A DNA stretch of 64,000 nucleotides, taken from the NCBI GenBank assembly GCA_051047955.1, contig JBPGPT010000004.1, positions 620,001-684,000 on the forward strand, in the 5' to 3' direction. Positions 34,819 to 48,646 of this stretch are shown here, one piece after another. The notes below the pieces were generated by a model, which saw nothing but the letters and a program-made list of their open reading frames with translations, was not told the origin of the DNA and ran no database searches. The stretch comes from Cystobasidiomycetes sp. EMM_F5 (lineage: Eukaryota). The translations under genes were made by a program, and so were the position numbers. Positions within the stretch are counted from its first letter, which is position 1. The number at the start of each line of letters is the position of its first letter.

Positions 34819-37794
34819 ATGGATGATTTGCTGGATCTGAGCTGGAACGGCAGCAGCAGCAGTAGTAATGGGAGCAGTAGCAGAGCAGCTCCATCAAAGG
34901 CCAACAACGGCTACAGCGCCTTTGACAGCCTGGCTGCAGCTGGATCGCGTACACCGAGTTCAGCAAACTACAGCAGCCATGCATTCAGAGCAGCCTCGCC
35001 AGCGACATCAGCAGTAACCTCACCAATAGCCGTCAGCTCTGGCATACGTCCGCGGTCGCCGTTGCCCAGCCAGCCGACTTCAGCAGCGTCGACGAGTGAC
35101 GCTTTCAGTTCATTGTTTGCAACTGCAGCAGGCGGTAGCGGCAGCAATGCCTCGATGAGCTCGAATAGCATGACCATGTCGCAGAGATTGGACATGAGGC
35201 GCGGTGGAAACGTCGCCAGGTGAGTGGAAGGTTTGCTTGTTTGATGCAAGCTGAGATTCATTGCATGCTGTGATAGCGCGTCAAGTACGCAGCCAAAGAA
35301 GAGTGACGAACTCTGGGACTTTGATATGCTCTCCCCGTCCAGCTCCTCGTCTACCGTTCCTCGCGCTCGGACACCGTCATTCGTCGTTTCACCAGCCGAG
35401 CCCAACAAGGCGCATACCGCCGGCAAAGGACTAAAAACAGCCAATCTGACAGACATCTTCGACCCTTTCGAAAATTTGAATTTGAATTCCGATTCGCAGC
35501 ATTCGCTTTCGGACAAGAAACAAAGAAACGGCGACGTAACGTCGATTTCGATGAAAGCTCACCAAAAGCACACGGGACATGGATCTACGCAGTCAACGCA
35601 GGACGACTCAGACGACCTTCTGGGTCTCCTTGGACAGCCAGTTCAGGCTTCTACGAGCGGTCGCAAGGACCGTACGAATGGACCAGCCTCAACCTCCAGC
35701 ATCGTGTCACCCAAGCCTCGAAGCCCTCTTGCTGCCGGATTTAACGACTCTTCAGAACCTCCGTTACGTGCCGTCGCTGCCAGAACGCCTTCACCACCTC
35801 CACACATTTTGGGAGAAGTAGTGATGATGGGCTTCTCAGTTCAACAAGCTCGTTTGGCTCTCGCAGCCACGCTAGGGGCAGAGAAACCGGGGCAGTGGAG
35901 TGTAGCAGCTGCAGTTGAAGTCCTGGCGAGCGATGGTGCAGCCAATGCCCAGAGGCAGAGGTCTCCCGACACTTTACAACAACGTAAACAACCATCGAGC
36001 CGTAGTCGCGATCAGCAAAGTCGACAGACATCATCACGGACTCAAGAAGATGAGAGTGCAAGTGCAAACGGGAACGCGGATCTGCTCGCGCAAGCATCGA
36101 CAGTAGGCCTGAGCGTACTAAAGTCTGCGAATGCATACTGGAAGACTGGCAAGGCGCAGATTCAGAAAGCTGTAGAGGACAACAAGTTTATTCAGCAGCA
36201 GTTGCAAGTCCGTGGCGGCCTGGGTTCCGGTAGTCGATCGCCCGCTGGCGGAAGTAGTGGTGCAAATACACCTACTTCAGGCCGGCCGAAATGGATGACG
36301 CAGCCGCTTTCAGACGATGAAGACGTGAAACAGTTGTCGCCTCGCAGAGGTGCTGCTAGCTCGAGCATTCAACCATCAGAATATCAAGACAGCGATAGCG
36401 ATGGCAACGATGGCAAACCTCCTCCATTGCGAAAACGACCGAGTCCGCAATCCTCTCCTAAATCGTCGAGACCAGCAGACCCACGCAAGGGTGTATCTAC
36501 AAGGCGTGAAACGGTCGCACCAAAGGCTATGGAGGCGCCCCCACCGTCAACTCAATCCGGGTCAATGCTGGATGTCTTCCGTACATCGCTTAAGAGCCCC
36601 CAGCCAATCCCTTCAGGTTACATTTCTCCCAACCGCCGCAAGCCACAAGTAAATGGCAGTCATATTGGGGCGGAGGCGCCGTCATCATCGTCAATTTCCC
36701 TTCCACGAGACGCTGCTCGCCCGGCACGGCCTGCCCGAGAAGCCGTCCTGTGTTCCCGGTCAGCGCTTGCAGCTAGCAATCAATCGAAGCTACAAGGAAA
36801 CGACCACTTCAAGCTGGGAAGGTACGGCGAGGCTATCAGCGCGTATGACAATGCGCTGCAAGCCTTGCCAGAGAAGTATCTCGGCAGAATACCTGTCCTA
36901 AACAATCGAGCCAATGCTCGTCTCAAGAACGGCGAGGAACGCCGGGCGGCTGAGGACGGGACGGCAGTGATTGTGCTTTTGATGGGTGACGCAACTTTGG
37001 CTGAATCGGCGACAAAGGGCGACTTTTCGAGCATGCTCTCCGAGCTCGGTGCAGCATCGGCATCAGGCGATGACGCTCTGGATGCTCATGATGCGCTAGG
37101 CAAAGCTCTGTCGAGACGAGCTCGCGGTTTCGAGGCTAATGAGAAGTGGAGATTGGCCATGCGCGACTGGCAGGTACTGGTTGAATTGGGCGACCATCGC
37201 GTATTGCGAAGTGCAGGTGGTATCAAGGTCGTATCTGAAGGGTTGGCCCGATGCAGGCGAGTAGTGGACGGGCCGTCAACCGCCAAATCCGGCGCCCCGA
37301 CCCAAGCTGATCGCGCAAAGCCAAAGCCAACACCCAAACCCAAGCCTGCTGCATTGTCTTCAGTCAGAACTACAGCGCCATCTGCGGCAGTCACTGCACT
37401 CCGACAAGGCGAGCAAAAAGCTGAAAAGGACGAGAACGAACGCATTCGCCTCAAAGACGAGGTTGACGCTAGAGTCCAGAGCTGGAAGGGAGGCAAGGAG
37501 AATAATCTGAGAGCCCTCATTGCGAGTCTGGACAATGTCCTGTGGGAAGAGCTGCAGTGGAAGAAGGTCGGAATGCACGAATTGATTACAGAGTCTCAGC
37601 TCAAGATCCGTTACGTTAAAGCTATCGGTAAAGTCCACCCGGACAAGGTCGGTCGTCCGAGAGTATTGTTGGTATACGGAGATGTGGCACTGACTTTGCG
37701 TCTACAGATCGGCAACACGGCAACGGTAGAGCAACGCATGATCGCTGGAGCTGTTTTTGCTGCACTCAGTGACGCTTGGAACGCTTCGAGGTAG
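34819..37794 (+). CDS. SWA2: Auxilin-like clathrin uncoating factor (UBA-like, TPR, C-terminal J domain)
   Basis: MDDLLDLSW start, MGFSVQQARLALA (UBA-like), GNDHFKLGRYGEA TPR, WKGGKENNLRALIASL, KVHPDK, VEQRMIAGAVFAALSDAW. Confidence 0.9.
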
Positions 37795-38540
37795 ACACGG
37801 CGGCTGTAATGGGCAGGGAAACGCCTCACAATACCCTCGAATTATCACACAAGCTGGTGAGTTGTACAGCTCGAAGAGTAGAGCGCAGTCGTGCTGGCTT
37901 GCGTCCGGCAAGATGAAGCCTCTGCAGGACAGTCGCTGTCATGTTCCCTGGACAGTCAGGGTTCGCATGCTAAGCGACCAGAGATAGGCTAAGCCAGGGA
38001 GGACAAGGAGGACAAGGCGACATACACGTATTTTTGGGAATGATGACACGGCGAACGACAACGACGCCGACTCCGTCATGTCAACTTCGCAGATCAAACG
38101 AGCTCGACGGGCTTGACTGTCGAGCACTGGAAGAGGATTCCTGCCCAAGAATGCGGACATCCGCTGGATGTCCTTGCGGTATCGACTATCATTACGGCAA
38201 TCACTCATGCCATTCCTGGCCGAGCAACAACCATCACACCTGCACCATGTTCATTACGATGGGCTACTTGCATCCCACTTTACGCGCTCTCCAATGCACA
38301 GACTCCGGCTATGTTCGACACTGGAGGTTCGTTATGCAAATCAGATGGCGCGTAAGAAGGCTGAACAGTGCGGGGTTTCCGTTAAGGTTGGCTGGTCTGT
38401 TGCTTGCTCGTCGATCACTTTCATGCTAGTCTTACATTTACAACAGACCCTTTGTATTCCTAGCCGACAAATGCAAATGAACAAGCCATATTGACGAGCT
38501 CGTACGCTGTAGCTGGCCGCAGCAGCAGTATTGCTGACCC

Positions 38541-41500
38541 ATGGCTCCGTCGTCTGCTGGGAATCATGACGCCAAATCGCCAGACGTTTCAGACGCAAAC
38601 ACAGCCAGCAGCAGCGCGACTTCGACGTATGCAACGTCGACCACGTCCAAGTCTGCGCTGCACCCTCTATCTCCCGAGCTGACGACCGCAGCCAGCCATC
38701 GCACAAGCTATTTCGCAGTGCCGCCAGACTCGCTGTTGACTGGTGCTGGCAATTCCATCTTTCAGGACGCTCCGGCGACATTGGAGAGTGATTTGGGTCA
38801 TATTGAACGTCTGCATGATGCGCCCAAACCAGACGTGGATGGCTCTAGTCACTGCCAAGCGGAATCTTCGCACGAAACCGTCACGATTCGACTGGCAAAG
38901 CCCCCGCATGCTCTGCACTCGGCGGAGCTACATACACAGCTGTTGGATGCTTATGGGCTGGACGCAGCTGTCGAGCTCGTATGGCAGCTGTCAAAGCGAG
39001 TTGACGCCTTGCAAGACCAAATACGCGAGCAACAATCCCAAGCAAACAAGAGAGAGGAAGCCTTGGTACGATTGCTGAAGGAGAGTAATGGCACACAAGT
39101 TACGGACGGCATGATTAGTAGAACGCTGTTGCGAGCGAGCGCCGACGCTGCAGAAGGCAATGTACGCTCAAAGCCCGTCGGTAATTGGAGTATGGAGTTA
39201 CGACTACCGAGGAATCAGTCGAGGACTAGCCCTCAATACGAAGTCAGTGTCACTGCTCCTCTCTATGTATGCTGAATGAACTGATGCTCCAACCGTCTGG
39301 TCTTACAGCCATTACAACTCGACCTGGAAGACGCAATGTCAGACACTGTTTCGCTTTCGCCTTCCGTCTTAGACTCGACCGCAAGCCCCACCACAACACA
39401 CGCACCCAATATTATGCGCAAGCCGGCGCGACAGACTTCACATTCGCTGACGGCCAGGCTGTTTGGTGCTTCGGCTTCAGCCGCCCAGTCATCGCTCGAT
39501 AGGGATGCGCCAGTTGCATCTACGTCGACTGCACCGGTATCGGCCGTTATCCTGCCTACATCACAACAAAAGTTGTATACCAAGCCGAGAGCCAACTCAA
39601 TCCGTTCGGTAGCAAGCAATTCATCTTCAGTAAAATCCGGGCACGGGGGGCTAGGTGGATGGGCCAACAGCCTCTTGGGATGGAATAATGCACAGAGAAA
39701 GTCGCACATTCATAGTACGAAGGATAATGGCGAAGATCCGGAAGATGGAGAAGGTCCGACCAAGACGGTGCATCGGACTAGACGGACCCCTTCCCCGCGA
39801 TCTGCTCGAGATCGAATGGTATCTGTTTCTGAAACCTCAAGCGAGAACCCAAATGTATCACCATCCGAAGCCGAATCCTTGTGCATAAAGTCTGCCTCTA
39901 TGACATCTCGGGATACATCCTCTTCGCTTTCAAGTCCTACGGCTCAAAAGAAGCACAATCTCGGCGTTAGCGATGGCGCTTCTAGTACAGCAGGCGCGAG
40001 GCGCCCCAGTACTATTTTACTCGGCAGACGACCATCGACCATGCATTTTAATCCTGCGGACTTGACCGGCAGTATTGTTTCGACTCCTGCATCTGCAAAT
40101 TTCGTGCGGCAGCCTTCAGGTGAACACGAGGGCCGTACTGCTTCTGCTGCTCTTCTCAGATCTATTAGTTCGTCTTGCGAGCGACGACCTGAATTGCCCG
40201 GAGAAGAGCAACCAGCTCACTTTCGTGCAATCAGCGAATCTGCCTCTACAGTTGGAAAGAGTCAAGGTCGTGTAATGACGCCAGACACCTTTACAAGGCC
40301 AAGAGCTGTCCATAGTAGCATTACGCTGTGGACGGAACAGCTGCTACTCTCCCTCAACGCTGATGCAGATCGGCCCGCTCTACCGAGGCTTTCGACTGAC
40401 AGCCAAGAGTATCTTCGAGTAGAAGAAGCGGCGATTGCATCGGGAACTGTCTCGCCCATCAGTCAGTCCATGTCCCCGCGCAAAGCTCAATCAGCCAGTA
40501 AAGCAGCACTCGTGCCTGCATCTGTGAATGACGACAGCTCAGCTACCATTGTTCGCCTTACCGCCTCATCGCCTATCCGGCAGTCCAACAGCACAAGTAG
40601 TACCGATGAGGCGGTTCCGCTTGCTGATACTCTGGCGACTAAACAATCTACAGGGTACCTAGCTTCTGCAAAAGGGAGTATTAGCCGTGCATTCGGCCTG
40701 GCTGGTGCTGACACTTCGCGATCGTTAAGTCCTCAAACGGGCAAGAAAGGTCATCACCGTAAGAACAGTTTGAAGCCAGGCATTGAGCCTACCTTGACGC
40801 TACCGGGGGCATATTCACCCTTTGTCACGACGTCAACGGCAATGTCACCCGTAGCATCATCTCATCTGTACTCCGTTCCATCCAGTGCTACGGCTGTATC
40901 GCTGCCCAATGCTGTCGAGCTCGGTACAATACTAGCGCGAGACGTCAAACCGCCTACTCTTTGCACTGACGTCGGAGAACAAGACAAGGACGGTCCTCTG
41001 GTTGATCGCTACGGGTTCGTTTACGATCTTAAGACATCGATGAAATTGCTGCGGAGTAAACGGAAAAAGCGTGACTTGGCGGATTCAGACATCATCTCGC
41101 TCGATGCGTCACCGTCCAATTTGGTCAGTGTCGATGTTGACGATCTCCGCGAAGCCCTCGGCCCCTCACCTGGCGCTACCCCTGGCATAGAGACGGCATC
41201 TCTCGCTTCGCTCGATGAGCTTGACGATGAACAACAGGCTGCCCGCAACGGCAAGCAGAATCAGCATGCAGCTGCTGTCACGATGGAGGAGACACCATCC
41301 AATCAGAGTATCCGTCGACTGCTGAGTCAGCTTGGTGCGATGAATGAAACTGTGGAAAAGTCTCAAAGGGAACAGTGGGAAGCCTTCATCAAGCACAGAA
41401 GGCTCAAAGTTGCCCGCATGTCTCACTCCCTCGATGAGGCATCTGTCGCCGCTAAGGTCAAACGGAGACAAACCTTGGTCGAGCCGACTCTGAGTCAATC

Positions 41501-42715
41501 ATCTAGTTTGGCTGACAATATTGAAGCGGAGGAACTGTCGCAAAACCTGATAGGAGTCGCTAGCATGGGTCATGGAAAGGAGGACGATAAGACGTTCCGA
41601 AGACTAGTAAGCTCGTGAGATATTGCCAGCGCATCACTGGCTAATCTCATTTCGGAAGGTCCGTGCGGGTATACCCATCGCACACAGACCAGCTGTGGGT
41701 GCAATCACTAGTCACTAGTAAATACGACTAATACCTCTGACATCTTTCACATCAGATCTGGGCTGAAGTCTCAGGCGTCGCCGAATTACGAGAGCCTGGA
41801 GTCTACCAAGACTTGCTCAGCAAGCATGCGAACGATAGTAGTCCCTGCCTCGAGCAGATAGACATGGACACTCATCGGACCTTTCCGACCAATGTCTTCT
41901 TTGCGGGCAATGGGCCAGGCGTGGCGAAATTGCGTCGAGTGCTTGTTGCATACTCTTGGCGAGATCCACACATAGGATATTGCCAGGGCATGAACCTCCT
42001 GGCAGCTTTGTTATTGCTGATCTTTCCAAATGAAGAGGATGCTTTCTGGATGCTTGTCAGTATACTGGAGCGTGTGCTACCAAGCGACTACTATTCGCCT
42101 CAATTGCTAGTGTCGCAAGCCGACCAGCGCGTACTGCGTGATTTGATACAGATCACGCTTCCGGATGTATGTGCTCCTCTTGCGTACCAGAGAGTCAGCT
42201 GATTGTTGCTCCACAGGTCTACGATCACCTCGAAGACATTGGAGTCGACCTGCCTGCCATCACTTTCGGCTGGTATCTTTCCCTCTTTTGCGATGCTCTG
42301 CCTATCCAGACGCTATTGCGGGTTTGGGACGTACTATTGGTTTACGGACCCATCGTTCTCTTCAAGTGCGTCCGCGCCTCAGCAGCTGGCAATTACGTAA
42401 TGCTAATGCACGCATCCACAGGGTTACCATTTCCATCTTCAAAATCAACGCGACTGAAATCAAGGCTACGGATTCAGCCAGCGCTTTCTATGTTCTACTT
42501 ACTGGACTTAATTCGCACTTATATGCTGCCGATAAGCTACTCAAGGTGCGGCCTCAGCCTCCAGGTGTATCGCTATCGTGCTGAATGCGTGAATACTCGC
42601 ATAGACTGCTTTTGACGATTTACGAGACATTAAACGACAAGATATAGAGAAGCGAAGGCTTCTGCATGTAGCCGATATCGGGAGGGAGCTGCAATTGCCG
42701 AGCATGGCAAGCTGA
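38541..42715 (+). CDS. TBC-domain Rab GTPase-activating protein with long low-complexity N-terminus
   Basis: LVDRYGFVY, RRLVRAGIPIAHRP, QIDMDTHRTFP (Arg finger), GYCQGMN (Gln finger), WYLSLF, LLRVWD. Confidence 0.88.
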
Positions 42716-43070
42716 CTAACAACGGATTCATGAGACAGTTCGCTGGTGCAGTAATCATTCGATAGTCAGCAGTCACTTACTGTCTCAGAAGTAGATAGTA
42801 ATGGCGTGTTCTTTCAGTTACAATGTTGTTGCCATGGCTAGTACTAGAAGATACAGCTTCACACATGCGATGATACGGAAATGTCGCAATTCTTTGAAAA
42901 TGATGATAATAGCTACAGGCACGTTAGGGAAGTTGCGATCCCGACCTACAGCACACGCAGTACGAAAGAGTATTTTGTCCTCGGCGTCGCAGGTTGTTGT
43001 TCGAGGACGTGTTGGACTCATGGACGAGTGTAGGCTTTTAAGAAGCTGAGGACGTTGAACGTTGATATGA

Positions 43071-45727
43071 TTAAAACGTAGGAGTAGGAGTACTGGGTCG
43101 GAAGCGAGTAACAAGCTGAGCTCTATAGTCAGCATCGCGCTTGACCTGGTCGCGAGCCATCTCTTTCAGGCGGTGCTGCTCATAATATGTGTCATCCTGA
43201 TGCGTGACGCGGTCTCTTGCATTTGAAGGCGGAACACTGGTATGCGACATCTCGTTAATGTCTGTAACGTGCTCACTACGAGGCTTGTCTGTATGTTTCC
43301 CTCCTTGTTTTGGTGGTGTTGTGAGGAGAATTTGGTTTGCGGTTGCTACGTGTAGTGCGTCAAGAGATGCAGATCTATGCACAGACCGAGTCCACGGCTG
43401 CCCAGAGCCGTTGATCTCGCCAGATGCGGGCACTTTTGGCGGAAGTCGCACACTGACGCTTCGTTTTGAGAAATACCGAGGGATGGGTGATTCATGAACG
43501 GGAGGGTATACCGATCTTTGCGAAAAAGACGGATTGCGCTGGATCGGCGTTGTTGGGGCAGTAGACAATCGAAAACCAGGAGGAAACCGAGGATCCTGAG
43601 CGAATCTTACCACCGACTCTGACCGTGCCGTATTAGGTATGCTACTGAGCGGAGTACTAGGAACGGAGGAGCAGGCAGACTGGGAAAGAGGGAAGGGCGA
43701 AGCGGGTTCATACCGGAAGTTACTGCCAGGGGTCATAGGATGAGGTGCAGGTGAGCGATTGAGAGAGCCGCTTAATGCCCTGTTCATTGGCCTGGGCGAA
43801 CTGGGCTTCGAAGGCAGGGCTTTGAACGTTGCTTCAGGCGTTGTCGATCGATATTGATCATGATGCAACTGCACCGGGTCGAAAATGCTCAGACTCGGGG
43901 AGTGTCTTCGTGTCGCCTGCGCCTTGGACACAGCACTATCATTAGTCTTGCTACTCCACAAAGCAGGTATACTGCTGAGAGAAAGCTGTCTGCCTCTGAT
44001 ACGAAACCCTGACGATGGCGGGGATTTGCCAGAACGCACTGCAGCAATAGCCATTGGCTTTGCGGAAATGGTTGTGCCAGAGTAGCCGGAATCTCCACTC
44101 TTAGCATGTGCAGAATGTTGTGGTTTGGTGATGTGCGTGTCCAGCCGTAATGCTGGCTGATTTCTGAGGGCGCCGTGTGAAGTCGACGCGATAACACGAC
44201 TACGAGGGATGGCGCCTTGATCAGCCACTTCATTTTCCCCAGACGTCGGGATGATGTCCGGCGTAATGTACGTGGCTGCAGTGGGCGCTGGATCTGTATT
44301 CGTGAGCGATGCGTCCTCTTTTGCGAGTGAAGAAAGAAGGTCATTAGAGCTAGAACGCCGAAGCTTGAGTGATGTTGCATGCTTCTTGACAAGATCGCTG
44401 ATGGATCCGACGCTGAGCGTTCGGCGTCGTTGAGGTCTGAGGGGAGCAGGTTGTGGATCTTCAGGTTCTTTCGGTTCCGACCAAGGCGCTACCACTTTTG
44501 CGTCGGGCGCAATACGCGGCTTGATCGCTGGGGCCGAAGTCGACTGGTGAACTGTAGCAGGTGGCCCAATGCCCGTGCCTTCGAAGCTGCGGCCGAAATC
44601 TCCTGCGATAATCTCGGTCAACAAATCATGCCGAAAGATGACGGATGATCTCTGTTGAGGTTGGTGATGGTGCGTAGTTGCCAGCCCTGGCATCGACACC
44701 GATCTGGTATGTTTTTCAGAGGATTTAGAGGCATACCCGAGCCTAAGCTTTCCAAAGCCGCTCGGGGCAGGCTGCGCTGATTGTGCGGAAGCTGTTCGCA
44801 TGTGGTGCTGGGCGAGGAACGGAACGGAAGCATTTGAAGGCGCATGGTAGGGCAAGGAGGATCTGATAGATGACCTTCTCTGCGCAGTCTCCACCTGAAC
44901 CAGTATACCTGACGTTGGTCGAGCGGCTTCGGGTGTTTGCACTGGCGAACCTAGAGTCGACCCAACATCTGCAACGATTGTGGCAGGAGAATGTGGTAGT
45001 ATACGCGGTTCGTGTGTTCTCGGCGCCTCTTCGTACTGCTTTTTCAGCAGTTCGCTAACCTTCAGCCCAGCTTTGGCGCTATGTGTAGCACTTTTTGCTG
45101 ACTTGGCCTCTGCATCATCATGCTGATAAGGATCTATCGCCTCTACCGCTTCATCCGGCGTGGCATTGTAGACCGAAGTAGCTTGGGTCTGCACGCTATC
45201 GCTGCGGGAGTGCGACTGCGGATGCCGAGGGGTACCAGCCAGCCCTGCGATTCTGGTCTCCCCATACTCGAAATCGACCTCTCTTCCGTCGTATGACGAT
45301 GATTGAAATGTCTGCAAGGTTGAAAGGGTATCATTTGTTTTGTTTGTAGCACTCGATATGTTTCGACGGTGATGCTGATTGCTGGGGCTCTCAGAGTGGG
45401 AGTGCAAGCTGAAAGAGCTTGGTGCGGCATCGTTTATTGCGCGCTTGTCGCGATATTCCCTGAGAGGCGGAGTCGATATCCTAAAACCGGTGGCACTTTG
45501 TCTTTGCGGGTCTTGAGTGACACATGGACGGACCCATAAGATTTAGGTTACAGCAATAAATCAGGTATTGAGACGTGAACCGCAGCTTGCGTTCCAACCA
45601 ACTCACGGGATGTAATAGCAGAGGAATACGAGTCTATGGATGCAGAATCCGACGGGGAATTGCCAGCAAGAAGGGACGCCGCAAGAAGATTCAGATTGAG
45701 CAGGTCGTCCAAGGTGTCGTCGGGCAT
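43071..45727 (-). CDS. Large Ser/Pro/Thr-rich, probably disordered hypothetical protein
   Basis: 778-codon open exon. A phase-consistent upstream exon MPDDTLDDLLNLNLL... from ATG 45727 uses a GTGAGT donor at 45606. Confidence 0.65.
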
Positions 45728-46083
45728 GTCGGCGGCGACGGAGTATACTGTTCAGGACAGGTATGCAAGTACGATGCCCGATTCCAAGTACCGAAAAGCA
45801 ATTCGCTAGAGCTCTTTCATGGCCGTTGAAGGTGTCGAATCTATTTCGGCGGAAGACTCGTTTTGCGAGGGACGGAAGAGCTGGAAACTCGAATTGATCC
45901 AGTCAGAAGCAGCTGAGCGATCTCATCGCGCTGATCCAGATAGAAGCTGCTGTCATGCACCGGAACCTGTCACTCTGCGGAAAGAATAATTGCTGCCGAT
46001 GTCTTGATCGGTCACAATCTGATGATGAGCCAGGGTTCCCTTCAAGACGACCGTCATTAGAACTAGGCTCAATATCGTCCACC

Positions 46084-46405
46084 ATGTCCAGCGATAGTGC
46101 AGCCCCCGACAGGACTGCCCGCCAAAAGTGCTGGGACGCGAGAGACGACTTCTTCAGGTGCCTCGACAAGACGGCAAACGACGACCAGGCGCAGTGCATC
46201 AAAGAGAGAATGGCGTTTGACGGCGAATGTGCAGCGAGCTGGGTGAGTCGTAGCGGTCACTTGTAGCTCTTTGCCAGCTGATGGATTGCATGCCCAGGTC
46301 GACTACTTCATCAAACGCCGCGTACTCCAGAAACGACAAGACGCAATGATGGCTGCATCCCAAGTCAATTCTCCTAGCGGTGACTCCAACAAGAAGAAGG
46401 TGTAG
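46084..46405 (+). CDS. COA6: Cytochrome c oxidase assembly factor 6 (COX6B-like twin-Cys protein), 2 exons
   Basis: PDRTARQKCWDARDDFFRCLD...CIKERMAFDGECAASW|VDYFIKRR. Confidence 0.85.
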
Positions 46406-46794
46406 CAAAGATACTATTCGCCAGTTGCCGTTCAGAGTCGGCCAGGATTTAACAAGGTCATCGAGCTGGCCATTGTCGGTGCCCATCAAGGACCCTTTGC
46501 GCACCTAAGCCACCCCGCAACAGCGAGACTGAAGGTCTCAAGATGATTGCACACCACATCGGACTCGAAAAGTCTTCGATGCCTCTATGGCAAGACGAAA
46601 TCAAGGCCAAGACCATCCATTCGCATCGTATCGAGAGAAGGTCATCCGAACAAACTGGCGGATCAGCCAAAGACTCACCACTCTGAGGCTGAATGAACAT
46701 AATACAGTGTAGCAAGACATTTACGTAGCCTCGATATCATTACACCTTGTCGATTAGCCATGCGCTTTCTTGCACCTACCAATCGCTGCATACC

Positions 46795-48451
46795 ATGACC
46801 ACGTCGCTGCTCGACAGGTCGCTCGACGATATTGCGCAGGATTCCAGCAGCAACGATGGTGCTCGTCGCGGTGGTCGAGGGCGAGGTCGCGGTCGTGCAC
46901 GGGGTGCTGGCATCAGAACCACGAGCTTTGGGAGCCCAGGCGGTAGCAGCACTGGGAACGGGAGAGCAGCGCCGTACACTGTGCGTTGGGATGCGATGAC
47001 TGCGCAGACGTGCTAGAACGAATGGCTCAGCTTCGACTTATGCGCCGTTCGCCGTTTCGAATATGCATACAGAAACCTCGGGCTCATGCAGACGTCGACG
47101 CAGCCTGGCAGCACGACCTCTACAGCACCAACAAGCTCAACTATGGCGGCGAAGACGACGAACAAGATGGTGCAGCCGGGCGCCCGTCAGCGTCTGCAGC
47201 TCGAAAACGGGGCGCAGTTCTGAAGGAAGACCAGGAAGCGAGAAGTACGAGGCTCAAGATTACAAACCTCCACTACGAGGTGTCTGAACGCGAGTTGGAG
47301 GTATGACACCTCTCGTCCTGGCTTTGTCCCTTTGTTGACGGACGGAAATCCGCTCTTTCATAGACCCTCTTTGTTCAGATTGGCCCCTTAGCAGCCGCAA
47401 CAGCAAGGGAATCCAATCCAGCAATCAAAGTACGCTAGCTCTATTTTTCGTCGTTCGAATTGTGAATTGGTTGGTCGGCGCGCGTCGACTGCTAAATGGT
47501 TCGAAGAGCGATCCGCCAATCCGACCTGCAGAAAGTATGCGAGAGAAAGGCCTGACCAACCATACTTTACTATTCACCTTTCTTTCGATAACCAAATCGA
47601 TCAGTTTGACGCTTCAGGTCGTTCTATGGGAGAAGCGACCGTCACTTACGTGAGTTGGCGCTTCGGGTGCTACATTTTACAACGGGAACTGAATTCGGTA
47701 CGATATATAGGAAAGCGAAGCCGATGCTGTCAGAGCTAGAGAAGCTTTTCATAATGCTCTCGCTAAAGGTATGAGCCCGCGCGTTAAACTGCGGACTATA
47801 ATCTTACTTCTGTGTCTTGCTATTCAATCGTACCCTCTGCACACGCATCCACAGGCGAACGCATTCATATCGAATACGACTTCACACCGCAGAGAGGTCC
47901 GGCAAAACCACGCAATAACGCTTTTTCTGCAGATACAGATTATCGAGGGGGCGCTTCCGCCAGCTCGCTGTTGGCAAGGCTCGATCGAGGGTCAGTAATG
48001 AAGCCTTTTGATACAGACGCGTTACTGAACTCATATCGCGCAACTGTTATGATGGGGAATTCTGTAGTGCTGGCCCGACAAACAGAGGACAATCGAATAA
48101 GGAAGGGTATACCTCATCGATTGGAAGGGCAGCCGACACTCCCTCGCGCAGAGGCCGCAACGACAACGGACCAGGGGATCGTCAGTACAGCAATCGCGGT
48201 GGAGGAGACGGGCCTACAGCGAGAGGGGGACGAGGTGGCAATGCCGCAGGCCAGCAGCGCGGAGGTGGCCGAGGAGGAAGACGAGAAGGCAATGCACGGC
48301 CTACAAAGACTGTTGAAGACCTCGATAAGGAGCTCGAGGACTTTATGAATGGTGGCAGCACCACCCAGACGGTCAGTAGTCGGGAGCTTGACGTACTCCA
48401 CATTTTGACTGACGTTTGGACTTGCTTCGACAGGACGCTGATATGGCTTAG
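46795..48451 (+). CDS. ALYREF/Yra1-like mRNA export adaptor (N-box, RGG, RRM, C-box), multi-exon
   Basis: LDRSLDDI N-box, RGG tract, WQHDLY, ITNLHYEVSERELE RRM, FDASGRSMG, C-terminal KTVEDLDKELEDFM. Confidence 0.82.
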
Positions 48452-48646
48452 ATGTAGCAGTCATGCTTATGCCACTATAAAAGGCCACTACCCAATGCAA
48501 ACTATTGATACATGTCCGGATTTTGTAGAGAAGACAGTGGCTACATGATTTGACGGTCGGTATTACCCAAGGTATCGACCAAACCTAATTCCAGCCCTGT
48601 ACATGACATTCCACGACGTCCTTTACAGCTGAAGGACCCGACAGAC

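Noticed and set aside
37801..38040. GGCTGTAATGG resembling the 5' Alu motif of fungal SRP RNA
   Set aside because: It lies 7 nt after the SWA2 stop, with no helix-8 GNRA/AGCAG motif or clear Pol III terminator; probably chance.
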